Source of the DNA: Pseudomonadota bacterium
GTDB taxonomy: Bacteria > Bdellovibrionota > Bdellovibrionia > Bdellovibrionales > SG-bin7
Assembly: GCA_034439715.1 (NCBI GenBank)
Contig: JAWXAY010000080.1
Location: forward strand, 2,063-66,062
Length of the DNA: 64,000 nucleotides
Direction: 5' to 3'
Shown here: positions 52,245-62,138 of the stretch, in pieces
Layout of the letters: each line of letters starts with the position of its first letter
Numbering within the stretch: the stretch's first letter is position 1
Translations under genes and position numbers: made by a program
The notes under the pieces: model-generated
The model's input: the letters and a program-made list of their open reading frames with translations, nothing else
What the model was told of the DNA's origin: nothing
Databases searched by the model: none

Positions 52245-54168
52245 ATAACGGACCGGCCATTGCTATCACCAAGCCGGCAACATCTTTTGAAGAAACTTCG
52301 GTCTGTAGCAGATTCTTTGTTTTGTATTGTTCCACTGTCATACCATAGTGACGGGCGCGATTTTCTAAAACTTCTTTGGTCCAAACACCTGTATCAAATA
52401 CGGCGTCGGGATGAAGAATATTGACTCTGATTCCTTGCGGAGCGAGTTCTAAGGCCGCGACGCGAGCGAGCTGAGTAAGTCCTGCCTTAGACACTGAGTA
52501 GGCGGAGGCGCCGGGTCCAGGTGCGAGCACGTTTTTAGAGGCCATAATTACGACTGCTGGGTCAAATCCATTTTTTAAAAAGGGGATAGCACTACTGAGT
52601 ACACGAAAGTGGCTGGTGAGATTCACGTCGATTGTTTTTGCCCATGTGGCCTCATCTAAATCTTCTATTTTTATGCCAGGTGGAAAAGTTCCCGCATTAC
52701 TAACTAAAATGTCTAAGCCGCCATACGTTCTTATGCATTCCGCTATAGAATTTTTCACTTGTTCGGTGCTAGTTACGTCACACATCAGACCCCTGAATTC
52801 AGGTTTCAGAAACATTTTAGAAATTTCAGGGTTAGTGTCGAGCGCTACGACACAGGCGCCTTCTTTAAGAAAATTTTCTACACAGGCTTTGCCAATTCCG
52901 CTAGCTGCCCCTGTAACGAGCGCCACCTTGCCTTGAAGCACAGGGAGTAGTGATGATTTTTTTATTTTAGCCTGTTCTAATTCCCAATATTCGACTTCAA
53001 AAAGATTTTTTTCGTCTAGCGGTTGCCACTGCCCCAAAGCTTCGCCCCATTGCACCGCTTTCTGAGTGTGTCTTGCGATATCACAAATCACTTGCGTGGT
53101 CTTATAGGCCGGGGCCGCCGTGATAACGCCGTAACCTGGCCAAACTAGCCAACGGGGCGTGGGGTTTAGCATGGTGAGGTTGCCAGTTGTCTGGCGCTTA
53201 AAATAACTTTGATATTTTTCGCTGTAGGCTTCGAGCTCCGTTTCAATTTTATCTTTATGTATAAGAGGAAAGGGTTTGGTGTGGATGACATGGTCGGGGG
53301 TCACAGTGCCGCGGCAAGCGACGTCGTCTATATTTTTTAAGTTCGAAAAACCCACGGCCTCGGGGGATTTATCCCAAGTCAAAACGAGAGAAGTTTTGGC
53401 TCTACTACCTAGCACTTTACGGATTTGCGCGAGTTCTAAAAGGTTTTCTTTTGCCTCGCCACGGGCAATCTTATTACCACCGCTTTTTTCTATGTAATTT
53501 TCGGCAAGGCTTACTACTTTAATCATATTCTCGTAGGCCAACTTGGCATCATTTGCGAAAGTAAACACGCCGTGATTTAATAAAATTAGAGAATCAATTT
53601 TTGACCAATCGATATCTTGAGTTAATTCAAAAATTTTTCGAGCCAAAATAAATCCAGGCATGACATAGGGAATGATAACGGTGCGATCTCCATAGATCTC
53701 ATGAATTCTTTTTTCGCCATCAGGATGATTGGTAATAGTAACCACGGCGTCAGCATGTGTATGATCGACGTACTTAAAGGGAATCAGCGAATGCAAGATA
53801 GCTTCTATCGAAGGACCAGGGGCTGATGGGTCTGTCATTGCGATTTTTTGTTCACGAACCATATCGCTATCACTTAATTTTTCTAAACGAGCCAGTTTAT
53901 GTAAGACTTCCATTCGCACAGGCGCAAATCCCTGTGGCTCGATAGTCTTAAGATCCCAACCACTCCCTTTGACATAAAGAATATCCTCTCTGTCGCCAAA
54001 AATATTTGACTGAGATATCTTTACCGAAGTATTGCCACCACCGTGCAAAACTAAGCTGGGTTCCTGTCCCAAAAGTCTTGAGGTGTAGACGCGTAGCTTT
54101 AAAGGGTCGTTATCAGTGGCAATAACATCTTGCTGATTCCAGCGGCTCTGCATGGCTATGCTCCTCAT
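52186..54168 (-). CDS. Bifunctional class II aldolase/adducin-domain protein fused to a short-chain dehydrogenase
   Basis: 660 aa. N-terminal LVLHGGGNTS...YVKGSGWDL...HTHADAV (metal-binding His). C-terminal SDR with ALVTGAASGIGKA and YSVSKAG. Confidence 0.75.
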   Translation of the reverse strand: MRSIAMQSRWNQQDVIATDNDPLKLRVYTSRLLGQEPSLVLHGGGNTSVKISQSNIFGDREDILYVKGSGWDLKTIEPQGFAPVRMEVLHKLARLEKLSDSDMVREQKIAMTDPSAPGPSIEAILHSLIPFKYVDHTHADAVVTITNHPDGEKRIHEIYGDRTVIIPYVMPGFILARKIFELTQDIDWSKIDSLILLNHGVFTFANDAKLAYENMIKVVSLAENYIEKSGGNKIARGEAKENLLELAQIRKVLGSRAKTSLVLTWDKSPEAVGFSNLKNIDDVACRGTVTPDHVIHTKPFPLIHKDKIETELEAYSEKYQSYFKRQTTGNLTMLNPTPRWLVWPGYGVITAAPAYKTTQVICDIARHTQKAVQWGEALGQWQPLDEKNLFEVEYWELEQAKIKKSSLLPVLQGKVALVTGAASGIGKACVENFLKEGACVVALDTNPEISKMFLKPEFRGLMCDVTSTEQVKNSIAECIRTYGGLDILVSNAGTFPPGIKIEDLDEATWAKTIDVNLTSHFRVLSSAIPFLKNGFDPAVVIMASKNVLAPGPGASAYSVSKAGLTQLARVAALELAPQGIRVNILHPDAVFDTGVWTKEVLENRARHYGMTVEQYKTKNLLQTEVSSKDVAGLVIAMAGPLFGKTTGAQISIDGGNDRVI

Positions 54169-54240
54169 TCATCTCTACAATTGATTTTTGGCCATTAATG
54201 AGTATAACAAAAGCTAAGGCTTAGCAAGAAAGAGGCAACA

Positions 54241-55092
54241 ATGTCCACCCTAAAATCCCTAGACTCACCAGTCACGTTAAAACTTCCCGACCAATCCATA
54301 ACTTGGGGAGACTGTAGTAGCTGGGTATTGTTTGCGGGACCTGACATAATTGAAGATGAGGGTTTAGTCCTCGAGGTGGGAATGGAGTTAAAGCGTCTCA
54401 CACAAGAGTTAGGCATACCATGGATATTAAAGTGCTCCTACGATAAGGCCAATCGGCAATCCAGCGATAATTTTCGTGGACCAGGGGTTAGTAAGGCACT
54501 TGCAAACTTAGGAAAAATTAAATCTAAAATAGGCTGTGCGCTTTTAACCGATGTTCACGAAACCACTCAAGTCGATGCCGCTGCCGAAGTCGCCGATGTC
54601 TTGCAAGTTCCGGCATTTTTATGTCGACAAACAGACTTAGTAGTTAAGATCGCGCAAACTAAGAAGGTAATGCATATTAAGAAGGGCCAGTTTATGGCGC
54701 CTTGGGACATGGGTGCCATTGTAAAAAAAGCGCAGAAAGCCGGTAACGAAAAAATATTGCTTTGTGAACGAGGCGTGAGTTTTGGTTACAACCGACTGAT
54801 TAATGACATGACCGGTTTGGTTGAAATGCGCGCGATCGGCAAACCTGTGATCATGGATATCACACACTCGACGCAATTGCCGGGCGCCACAGGAACCAGC
54901 AGTGGTGGCCGCCGTGAAATGTCGCCCGCATTGGCGCGTGCAGCTATGGCAGTTGGTGTGGATGGAATATTTTTAGAAACTCATCCAGATCCTGATAAAG
55001 CGTTATGTGATGGCCCGACGTCACTGGCACTTAAGGACATTCCTGAGCTTTTGAAAAGTCTCAACAAAATTTGGAAGACGCATTTTAATTAA
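54241..55092 (+). CDS. kdsA: 3-deoxy-8-phosphooctulonate (Kdo-8-P) synthase
   Basis: 283 aa. FAGPDIIE, KCSYDKANRQS, LQVPAFLCRQTDL, KKGQFMAPW, DITHSTQLPG. Confidence 0.9.
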   Translation: MSTLKSLDSPVTLKLPDQSITWGDCSSWVLFAGPDIIEDEGLVLEVGMELKRLTQELGIPWILKCSYDKANRQSSDNFRGPGVSKALANLGKIKSKIGCALLTDVHETTQVDAAAEVADVLQVPAFLCRQTDLVVKIAQTKKVMHIKKGQFMAPWDMGAIVKKAQKAGNEKILLCERGVSFGYNRLINDMTGLVEMRAIGKPVIMDITHSTQLPGATGTSSGGRREMSPALARAAMAVGVDGIFLETHPDPDKALCDGPTSLALKDIPELLKSLNKIWKTHFN

Positions 55093-55919
55093 AAAAACTT
55101 CTCGGCGCAATAGCGGGCGGACTCAGCAATAAATCCACTAATTTTTTTATCCGGAATCAACCGCGTAGCCACATGTTCAGAGTGGCTAATTCTTAAAGTC
55201 GGTACAAACCTAATTGACAAGCCTAATTTGCGGCAAGTCTCTGCTACAAATATTTCCTCACCATAGAGAAAGACACCATGTTGTAGGTGACCGCCAGCCT
55301 CAAAATAAGATCTATGAAAAATTAAAAAAGCCCCGTGAGCTGAGTAGATATCCTGAGCGCCTAAGTTGGTAGTTACTTTCTTAAGCCTATTTTTAATTTG
55401 AGCACGCCCTATAGACAGCAGATGATAAACCGTCGACGTTAAGTAGTTACTAAAAATGTATTTATAAGTGTGCATGCGTAGGGATGTTGGCCGCTCCAAC
55501 ATGTGGGGGTTCTGATTCTGGCCCGATAACAAAGACGTAATGGTGGGAGCAAAAACAGCCGCATTACTAAGACTCAAAATTTTTGCTATAAACTCGGGGT
55601 CTTGAATGCGAATGTCGGGATTGGAAACTATAACAAACTCAGGTAAGGAGTAATTTTTTAAATACACTTCTACGGCCCGATGTGCGGCGCCAAAATAACC
55701 AAGATTGGTTTCGGGCTTTATAATCTCAAGCGAAATTGGAAGCGCTTTTAGCGCTTCCAATTTGCTATCGTCCTGAGGCGCATTGTTGACCACGAAAACA
55801 TCCAATACCGATTTTTTACTCTGTTGGCTTAGGTCTTCAACCAATGTCTTGGTTTCAGCAAAACTATTATAGTTTACGCAAATAAATAAAATTTTAGGAT
55901 TTAACATAGGTGGGTCCAT
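55089..55919 (-). CDS. Family 2 glycosyltransferase (rhamnosyltransferase-like)
   Basis: 276 aa. ILFICVNYNS...VFVVNNAPQD...SNPD. Convergent 4-nt overlap with kdsA. Confidence 0.75.
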   Translation of the reverse strand: MDPPMLNPKILFICVNYNSFAETKTLVEDLSQQSKKSVLDVFVVNNAPQDDSKLEALKALPISLEIIKPETNLGYFGAAHRAVEVYLKNYSLPEFVIVSNPDIRIQDPEFIAKILSLSNAAVFAPTITSLLSGQNQNPHMLERPTSLRMHTYKYIFSNYLTSTVYHLLSIGRAQIKNRLKKVTTNLGAQDIYSAHGAFLIFHRSYFEAGGHLQHGVFLYGEEIFVAETCRKLGLSIRFVPTLRISHSEHVATRLIPDKKISGFIAESARYCAEKFF

Positions 55920-57165
55920 GAATTCGCCAGTAGTAGATCCCTAAAGTTAGCGCGAAAATCAGCATGAGTTGATGATTGATTTCAGCGTCTTTAAAAGTAC
56001 ATTCACCTATGCCTCCAAACTGGAGCGCCACTTGCGCTCCCATCGAGCCCAGTACAAAGGATCTCTGCCAAGATTCCTCGTGGCGAAGTTTTTGCCACAG
56101 ACGCCAGGAATAAATAAAAAGCGAAATACAAAAAACAAAAAATGCTAATGTGCCAACGAGTCCTGTGCCCGACAAAAATTGAAAGAAATTATTGTGAGCA
56201 TGGCCGCCAAAGCCATCAGTGATACCTAGCTTTTTATAATAATCATGAACAATACGTTCATTTTCCCAATAACCAACACCGAGAATCGGGTAGTCTTTAA
56301 ATATCGCGTAGTTAGCTTTCCACATGGTGACGCGTTCAGTATTGCTGGCATAATTAGGATTAAACAAAGTCAAAAATCGATTTTTTATAGCGGGATTAAA
56401 GGCGACCCCTAGGCCCACTACAATTGCGATTATTAAAACTGTCGCGAAAAAAACTCTTCGTTTGAAAAAGAAGGCGCAAGCGAGAATACCAAATATCCCG
56501 CCCATCCAGCCACTGCGAGTAAAAGTTGAAAGAATAGCAAGCCCAACCAAAGTAGCTGTGACGCCCGCTACGCGACGCATTTTTTTATCTTTTTTATTCG
56601 CGAGAATAAAAAAAGCAAACGGCAGAGATAAGAAAACCCCGAAGGAGTTGGCAAAGGTCATAGAAGAATTGAACATGCCGATAGAGCGATGGGCTGGCAG
56701 AGGTTCGGTTTGGCCGGTAAACTCAATACGAATATTGGTTTCGTGTAGGAGATCTATGCCAGTAAAATGTTGAAACAACGCGTAAGCTGAAACTAAACAA
56801 GCCACAGAAAAAACGAGGTAGATGATTTTTTCAAACTGATTGCCATTTGTTAAAAGTAAAGCGTAGCGAAGACCGATAAACAGGAGTACCCATCTGCCGC
56901 GGCCCACAATATCCCAATAATTAAAAGGTGGGGGAGTGTTTATGAGAGGTGCGATAATAACGACTCCCAAAAATACCAAAGCCGCCATATCTGCGAGAGT
57001 GAAAAAGCGCAAAACCTTTGTGGTTGCAAGGTCTCGACGTTCGGTAAACAGAAGGACGCAGGTCAAAAAAAATGTTAGCCAACCAAAGAGTTCCATGCCG
57101 GCCATACTCGTTAATAGCGACACGGCATAAAAAATAAGCGTATAAGGTATGATCTTTTTGAGCAT
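55894..57165 (-). CDS. O-antigen ligase/polymerase family membrane protein (Wzy_C domain; WaaL-like)
   Basis: 423 aa, about 11 TM helices. LSTFTRSGWMG and GGHAHNNFFQFLSGTGLVG are typical Wzy_C motifs. Ligase versus polymerase cannot be distinguished from sequence alone. Confidence 0.7.
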   Translation of the reverse strand: MLKKIIPYTLIFYAVSLLTSMAGMELFGWLTFFLTCVLLFTERRDLATTKVLRFFTLADMAALVFLGVVIIAPLINTPPPFNYWDIVGRGRWVLLFIGLRYALLLTNGNQFEKIIYLVFSVACLVSAYALFQHFTGIDLLHETNIRIEFTGQTEPLPAHRSIGMFNSSMTFANSFGVFLSLPFAFFILANKKDKKMRRVAGVTATLVGLAILSTFTRSGWMGGIFGILACAFFFKRRVFFATVLIIAIVVGLGVAFNPAIKNRFLTLFNPNYASNTERVTMWKANYAIFKDYPILGVGYWENERIVHDYYKKLGITDGFGGHAHNNFFQFLSGTGLVGTLAFFVFCISLFIYSWRLWQKLRHEESWQRSFVLGSMGAQVALQFGGIGECTFKDAEINHQLMLIFALTLGIYYWRIHGPTYVKS

Positions 57166-57217
57166 TTTCCTTTACCATTATGTGGAATTTATGATTAATT
57201 ACAATGGCTAAAACACT

Positions 57218-58111
57218 ATGAAAGACGAAAAAATTAAGATAATGATAACTGGCGGAACGGGGCAGGTTGCAAGGGCCCTAAGCAATGCTTTCGGGCCCAG
57301 TGCGGTCCAATCAGGGCGTGATCTCTTTGATTTTTCGCAGCCTCAGCATCTCAAAAAAAAACTCGACGAATTACAACCAACTTTAATTCTTAATGCCGCG
57401 GCTTATACCCAAGTGGATAAGGCTGAAAGTGAATCTGAGTTGGCATTTTTAATTAATGCCGAATCTCCCAAAGTAATAGCGGAATGGTGTGCAATAAATA
57501 GGGCCCGATTAGTTCACTACTCAACTGACTATGTTTATCCCGGAGCTGGTATTAAACCTTGGCGTGAGGACGATGGTGTGGGGTCGCTTAACGTCTATGG
57601 AACCTCAAAAGCCAAGGGCGATAAATATATTGAAGATTCAAAGTGTAATTATTTAATTTTTCGCACCAGTTGGATTTATGCTTCTCATGGCAAGAACTTT
57701 TTAAATACAATTTTAAGACTCGCTCAAGAAAAAGAGATGCTCAAAGTGGTGAATGATCAAATAGGCGCGCCTACATTTGCCGGAGACATTGGCGCTGCTA
57801 CATTTAAGATTTACCAAGCTGCAATTCAAGCTAAAAGCTTTCCATCAGGGATATATCACCTGTGCAACGAGGGAGTGGCCTCTTGGTTTGAATTCGCTAC
57901 CGCTATTTTGGCAGAGGCAGAGAGTTTAGGGTTCAAATTGAAACTAAAAGAGATATTGCCAATTTCTAGTGAGGAATACCCCACGTCTGCAGTGAGACCA
58001 AAAAATTCGCGTCTTGAAATGACAAAGTTAAAAAATACATTCAATATGGAAATGCCATCTTGGCAGAATGCTTTAAAAAGGTGTCTTAAGGAAAAACTAA
58101 AGGAAAGATAA
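57218..58111 (+). CDS. rfbD: dTDP-4-dehydrorhamnose reductase
   Basis: 297 aa. IMITGGTGQVA, AAAYTQVDKAE, YGTSKAKGD, RTSWIY. Confidence 0.9.
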   Translation: MKDEKIKIMITGGTGQVARALSNAFGPSAVQSGRDLFDFSQPQHLKKKLDELQPTLILNAAAYTQVDKAESESELAFLINAESPKVIAEWCAINRARLVHYSTDYVYPGAGIKPWREDDGVGSLNVYGTSKAKGDKYIEDSKCNYLIFRTSWIYASHGKNFLNTILRLAQEKEMLKVVNDQIGAPTFAGDIGAATFKIYQAAIQAKSFPSGIYHLCNEGVASWFEFATAILAEAESLGFKLKLKEILPISSEEYPTSAVRPKNSRLEMTKLKNTFNMEMPSWQNALKRCLKEKLKER

Positions 58112-58126
58112 CGAGGAAAGATAATA

Positions 58127-58696
58127 GTGAAGATCACAGATCTAGAAATTGAAGGAATAAAACTTATCGAACTAAAGGCTCACCATGACGCCCGCGGCTT
58201 TTTTATAGAGCGATTTAATTTTGAAATTTTTAAAAAGCAGGGTTTGCCGACAAATTTTAAGCAGGATAATCATTCCCGCTCGCGGCCCAAAGTTATTAGA
58301 GGTTTGCACTTTCAGCATAATGAACCCCAGGGTAAACTAGTGGGTGTGATCCGGGGGAAAATTTGGGATGTGGCCGTTGACTTGCGTCAGAACTCTAAAA
58401 CTTTTGGTAAATATGTCTCGGTTGAGCTTTCTGAAGAAAACCAGCGCGTACTTTGGCTCCCAGCCGGTTTTGCTCATGGATTTTGTGTACTAGGCGAAAG
58501 TGAAGCCGATGTGCTCTACAAAGTAGACGTGCCCTACAACGCCAAAGGCGAGTTTGGTATTAAATGGAATGACTCCCAATTAAATATTCCCTGGCCGATC
58601 GCGAACCCTATTGTTTCAGAAAAAGATCAAGTTTTGGCGTCCTTTGCTGATTATAAGGAGTCCTCATTAGCCAACCAATCCTGGTGGAAAAAATAG
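58127..58696 (+). CDS. rfbC: dTDP-4-dehydrorhamnose 3,5-epimerase
   Basis: 189 aa, GTG start. HHDARGFF, SRSRPKVIRGLHFQ, KLVGVIRGKIWDVAVDLR, PAGFAHGF. Confidence 0.9.
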   Translation: MKITDLEIEGIKLIELKAHHDARGFFIERFNFEIFKKQGLPTNFKQDNHSRSRPKVIRGLHFQHNEPQGKLVGVIRGKIWDVAVDLRQNSKTFGKYVSVELSEENQRVLWLPAGFAHGFCVLGESEADVLYKVDVPYNAKGEFGIKWNDSQLNIPWPIANPIVSEKDQVLASFADYKESSLANQSWWKK

Positions 58697-58735
58697 CTTT
58701 GACAATCCTCGTCCCTCTAGGGGAAAAGAGGCTGT

Positions 58736-60628
58736 ATGATAGGTATTTTTAAACGTCCCGCAAGAGTTTCTCTCGGCCACATTCTGCCTGACTCGGTTAT
58801 TATTATTGCGAGTTTGTACCTAAGCCTCTATTTGCGTCTGGGCATTAGCGAAATTCCAGAACATATCGTTACATTTCATCAATATTTACCGATTATTCTC
58901 GCCATTCGCCTCAGTGTAAATTGGGTGTTCGGCGTATACGAAATTATGTGGAGATACATATCAGCAAGAGACGCCATCACGTTGGCCAAGGCTACAGTGA
59001 CATCGTCAGCCATAGTTATTACCATTAGTTTTTTTATTTTTGATCGTTTGGGCCAGATGCCACGTACGATTTACATTATTGATTTTCTCTTGGTGACGAT
59101 AGGGCTGCTCGGGATTCGCATTCACCGACGAATCAGGTATGAAGCGCGGGGACAGAAAGCCAAAGGCGGCCAGAGAACTTTGATTTTCGGTGCAGGAACC
59201 CAAGGCCGCACTTTAGCCAGTCGTTTTGTTTCGGATCCTGGCGCGCAGATTGAATTAGTTGGTTTTATTGACGATGACCCTCAAAAAATTGGTATCAAAA
59301 TAGAGGGCCGTCCGGTCTTAGGCACTATTGAAGATCTTGAAGAAATTCTTAAGGATAAACAAATTGAACAAGTTGTTATGGCCTTTGACGGTTTGGGGGG
59401 AGAAGTCCTTAGACGTATTTTGCAAATCTGCTACTCCCACGGTATAAGACCCAAGTTGTTAACTAGCCTGAGAGCTTCGGCGCAAGCCCCGGCAGTCGAG
59501 CTTTACCGAGAGGTTTCACTCAATGACTTGCTCAATCGAGCCTCTCATGAGATGGATCTAGAAAGTATTAGCGGGTTGATAAAAAACAAATGTATTCTCG
59601 TGACCGGTGCCGGCGGCTCCATTGGTAGCGAGATCGCGCGTCAGGTTTTTTCGCACAATCCCCAAAAGTTACTTCTCATGGATAACAGTGAGTTTAATTT
59701 GTTCAATATTGATAAAGACCTTCGCCTGCTTTCAAATAGCGTTTCTAAAATTTATCCGCTTTTAGCTGACATCAAAGACGAGCGCACTGTTGAGCAAATT
59801 ATTGCGACCCATAAACCGCAGATTGTGTTCCATGCTGCCGCTTACAAACACGTGCATTTGGTAGAAGACAATCCCAATTCCTCAATACTAAATAATATTT
59901 GGGGAACGTTGGCTCTAGTTAGGCAAGCTCAAAGGCAAGGGGTTGAAACCTTGGTCATGATCTCAACCGATAAAGCCGTTAACCCTGTGGGAATTATGGG
60001 TGCGACAAAGCGAGTTTGCGAATTGATTGTGACGGCGGCAGCGCTCGAATCAGGTAAGAGGTTTTGTTCAGTGAGATTTGGCAATGTCTTAGGTAGTAGT
60101 GGGAGTTTGATCCCGACATTGCAACAGCAGATTCGAGAGGGTGGTCCCGTCACCATCACGCATAAAGATATGACTCGATTTTTTATGTTAATCCCAGAGG
60201 CCGTCTCTTTAGTTTTAAAGGCCTCAACAATTGCACGCCCAGGAGACATCAATGTTTTAAAAATGGGTGAACCTGTTAAAATACTAGATATCGCCCGCAG
60301 TTTGATGACACTCATGGGCGTTAATGAGGAAAAGGTACCTATTGTTTTTACGGGACTTCGTCCGGGCGAAAAACTTTTTGAGGAGTTATATATTCGTGGG
60401 GACGAACTCAAGAGTGAACATCCTGATATCTTAATTCTCCCAAATGGGGATTCTCACCTGCAAAATGGCTCTGAAGAAAGTAAAAAGCTCATGAGCGCCG
60501 TAGAAGCTAATATCAAACTTGCCAGCGATGGCGCGCAAGAGGTTGTTAACCATTTGCATGAACTGGTGAAAAAATATTCTAGCCCACACACCAAAAAGGC
60601 CAAACCAATGGAAAAGGTATTTCACTAA
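58736..60628 (+). CDS. Membrane-anchored polysaccharide biosynthesis protein CapD/WbpM/PglF family (UDP-GlcNAc 4,6-dehydratase type)
   Basis: 630 aa. 4 N-terminal TM helices, then an SDR domain with VTGAGGSIGSE, AAYKHV, STDKAVNP and MGATKR. Confidence 0.85.
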   Translation: MIGIFKRPARVSLGHILPDSVIIIASLYLSLYLRLGISEIPEHIVTFHQYLPIILAIRLSVNWVFGVYEIMWRYISARDAITLAKATVTSSAIVITISFFIFDRLGQMPRTIYIIDFLLVTIGLLGIRIHRRIRYEARGQKAKGGQRTLIFGAGTQGRTLASRFVSDPGAQIELVGFIDDDPQKIGIKIEGRPVLGTIEDLEEILKDKQIEQVVMAFDGLGGEVLRRILQICYSHGIRPKLLTSLRASAQAPAVELYREVSLNDLLNRASHEMDLESISGLIKNKCILVTGAGGSIGSEIARQVFSHNPQKLLLMDNSEFNLFNIDKDLRLLSNSVSKIYPLLADIKDERTVEQIIATHKPQIVFHAAAYKHVHLVEDNPNSSILNNIWGTLALVRQAQRQGVETLVMISTDKAVNPVGIMGATKRVCELIVTAAALESGKRFCSVRFGNVLGSSGSLIPTLQQQIREGGPVTITHKDMTRFFMLIPEAVSLVLKASTIARPGDINVLKMGEPVKILDIARSLMTLMGVNEEKVPIVFTGLRPGEKLFEELYIRGDELKSEHPDILILPNGDSHLQNGSEESKKLMSAVEANIKLASDGAQEVVNHLHELVKKYSSPHTKKAKPMEKVFH

Positions 60629-61348
60629 ATGAAAGTATTGTTAGATCCCGCGGTTCTCGTCACTTTTTCTCTTTTTCTGATGAGTTTAAAAATTAACTCG
60701 AAAAAATTAAAAATCACAGTAGCGCTGATGGCGCTAACCCTTTTTTTGCCAATATCAGAAATATTGATTTCTAATTTAGAAAATAAACATCCACTGCCAC
60801 TAGTGTTACCTCGGGCCGAGGCGGCAGTGGTTTTTGGTGGGGGCTTTTTGGGCTTTAATCAAAGGACGAATCAATATGTGTACGGCAGTGCTTTTGAGCG
60901 CTTCGGCGAGGCCGTTCGTTTAGTTCAGGAACACAAAATTAAATATTTAATTTTTACTGGCGTGACACCTAATCTTCACGCCGGATATTTATCAGAGGCT
61001 GATTCCGTGTATCGATTAGCGAGGGAATGGGGCCTTAGACCAGAACAGATAAAACTTGATCACAACGCAGTAAATACCTTTGAAAATGGTAAAGCTGTAA
61101 AAAAGATTTTAGAAGAATTAGGCGTTACCGAATTTTTATTGGTTACCAGCGCCAGTCACATGACCCGCTCTTTTCAGGTATTGAAACGCTTGGGGTTAAA
61201 TCCCTATGCCTATCCTGTGGACTATCAGGTTGGCGACCGAGATTTCTGGAACCCAAATGGTTTTGGGCTCAACAAATGGCTCTTACTAAAAACTTATTTA
61301 CATGAGGTCGTGGGATTTTTATATTATAAATGTCGAGATTACATCTAA
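60629..61348 (+). CDS. DUF218 (YdcF/ElyC/SanA family) protein
   Basis: 239 aa. N-terminal TM helices, AAVVFGGG, VTSASHMTRS. Confidence 0.65.
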   Translation: MKVLLDPAVLVTFSLFLMSLKINSKKLKITVALMALTLFLPISEILISNLENKHPLPLVLPRAEAAVVFGGGFLGFNQRTNQYVYGSAFERFGEAVRLVQEHKIKYLIFTGVTPNLHAGYLSEADSVYRLAREWGLRPEQIKLDHNAVNTFENGKAVKKILEELGVTEFLLVTSASHMTRSFQVLKRLGLNPYAYPVDYQVGDRDFWNPNGFGLNKWLLLKTYLHEVVGFLYYKCRDYI

Positions 61349-61367
61349 AGAAACGATTGAGGTTAAT

Positions 61368-62138
61368 ATGAATGAAAAAATAAATGAAAAAATATCAGTG
61401 ACGGGCGGGTTAAGAACGGATGCCGAAAAAAATGAAGCTTCTTTAAATAAAAAATGCTTTGAGCAAAATCTGACGCCCTGGGAAGAAAAAATGGCTAACT
61501 TTCCAAAATATGTTCGCCGCCAAAATTTGACACGCTTTTTGGCCCTCTACGAGATTTTTAAAAAAGTTTTACCGGTTAAGGGATCGGTCATTGAGTGCGG
61601 CGTAAATCATGGATTTGGAGTCATGACCTGGGCTAAGCTCAGTGCGATTTTAGAACCAGTAAATTTAACTCGTAGAATTTATGGCTTTGATACCTTTGCC
61701 GGCTTTCCGACAATTGGCGAGAGGGATCGCTCGCAAACCAGTGCCCACGTCAAAGAAGGAGATCTTTTTGCGAACTCACTTGAAGAGATCACAGAACTTT
61801 GCAAAATTAACGATTCCACAAGATTTTTAGGTCATGTGCCAAAAGTAAAATTGGTCAAAGGTGACGCCACCAAAACAATTCCCCAGTTTATAGAGGAGCA
61901 CCCCCATCTAATGGTAAGTCTTTTGTTTTTAGATTTTGATCTTTACGATCCTACAATGACTGCCTTGAAATATTTCGTGCCTCGCATGCCAAGGGGTTCT
62001 GTTTTGGCCTTCGATGAACTCGACAACCCACTTTGGCCAGGCGAAACACAAGCCATGCTTGAGTACTTTGGTGAGCGAAAAATTAAAATAGAGCGCTTTG
62101 AATTCGATCCGTACATTGGCTTTGCCGTGCTAGAGTAG
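61368..62138 (+). CDS. TylF/MycF-like class I SAM-dependent (sugar O-)methyltransferase
   Basis: I take the ATG at 61368 (GAGG SD 5 nt upstream, located after the DUF218 stop) instead of the track start at 61302. Motifs VIECGVNHGFG, FDTFAGFP and LDFDLYDPT resemble macrocin-O-methyltransferase-family proteins. Confidence 0.6.
   Translation: MNEKINEKISVTGGLRTDAEKNEASLNKKCFEQNLTPWEEKMANFPKYVRRQNLTRFLALYEIFKKVLPVKGSVIECGVNHGFGVMTWAKLSAILEPVNLTRRIYGFDTFAGFPTIGERDRSQTSAHVKEGDLFANSLEEITELCKINDSTRFLGHVPKVKLVKGDATKTIPQFIEEHPHLMVSLLFLDFDLYDPTMTALKYFVPRMPRGSVLAFDELDNPLWPGETQAMLEYFGERKIKIERFEFDPYIGFAVLE

Noticed and set aside
59929-60411. 160-aa minus-strand ORF inside the CapD/PglF-like gene, and the similar 136-aa ORF at 31613..32023
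   Set aside because: Both are antisense to strongly supported genes, with Ser/Pro-rich low-complexity translations and no independent support.
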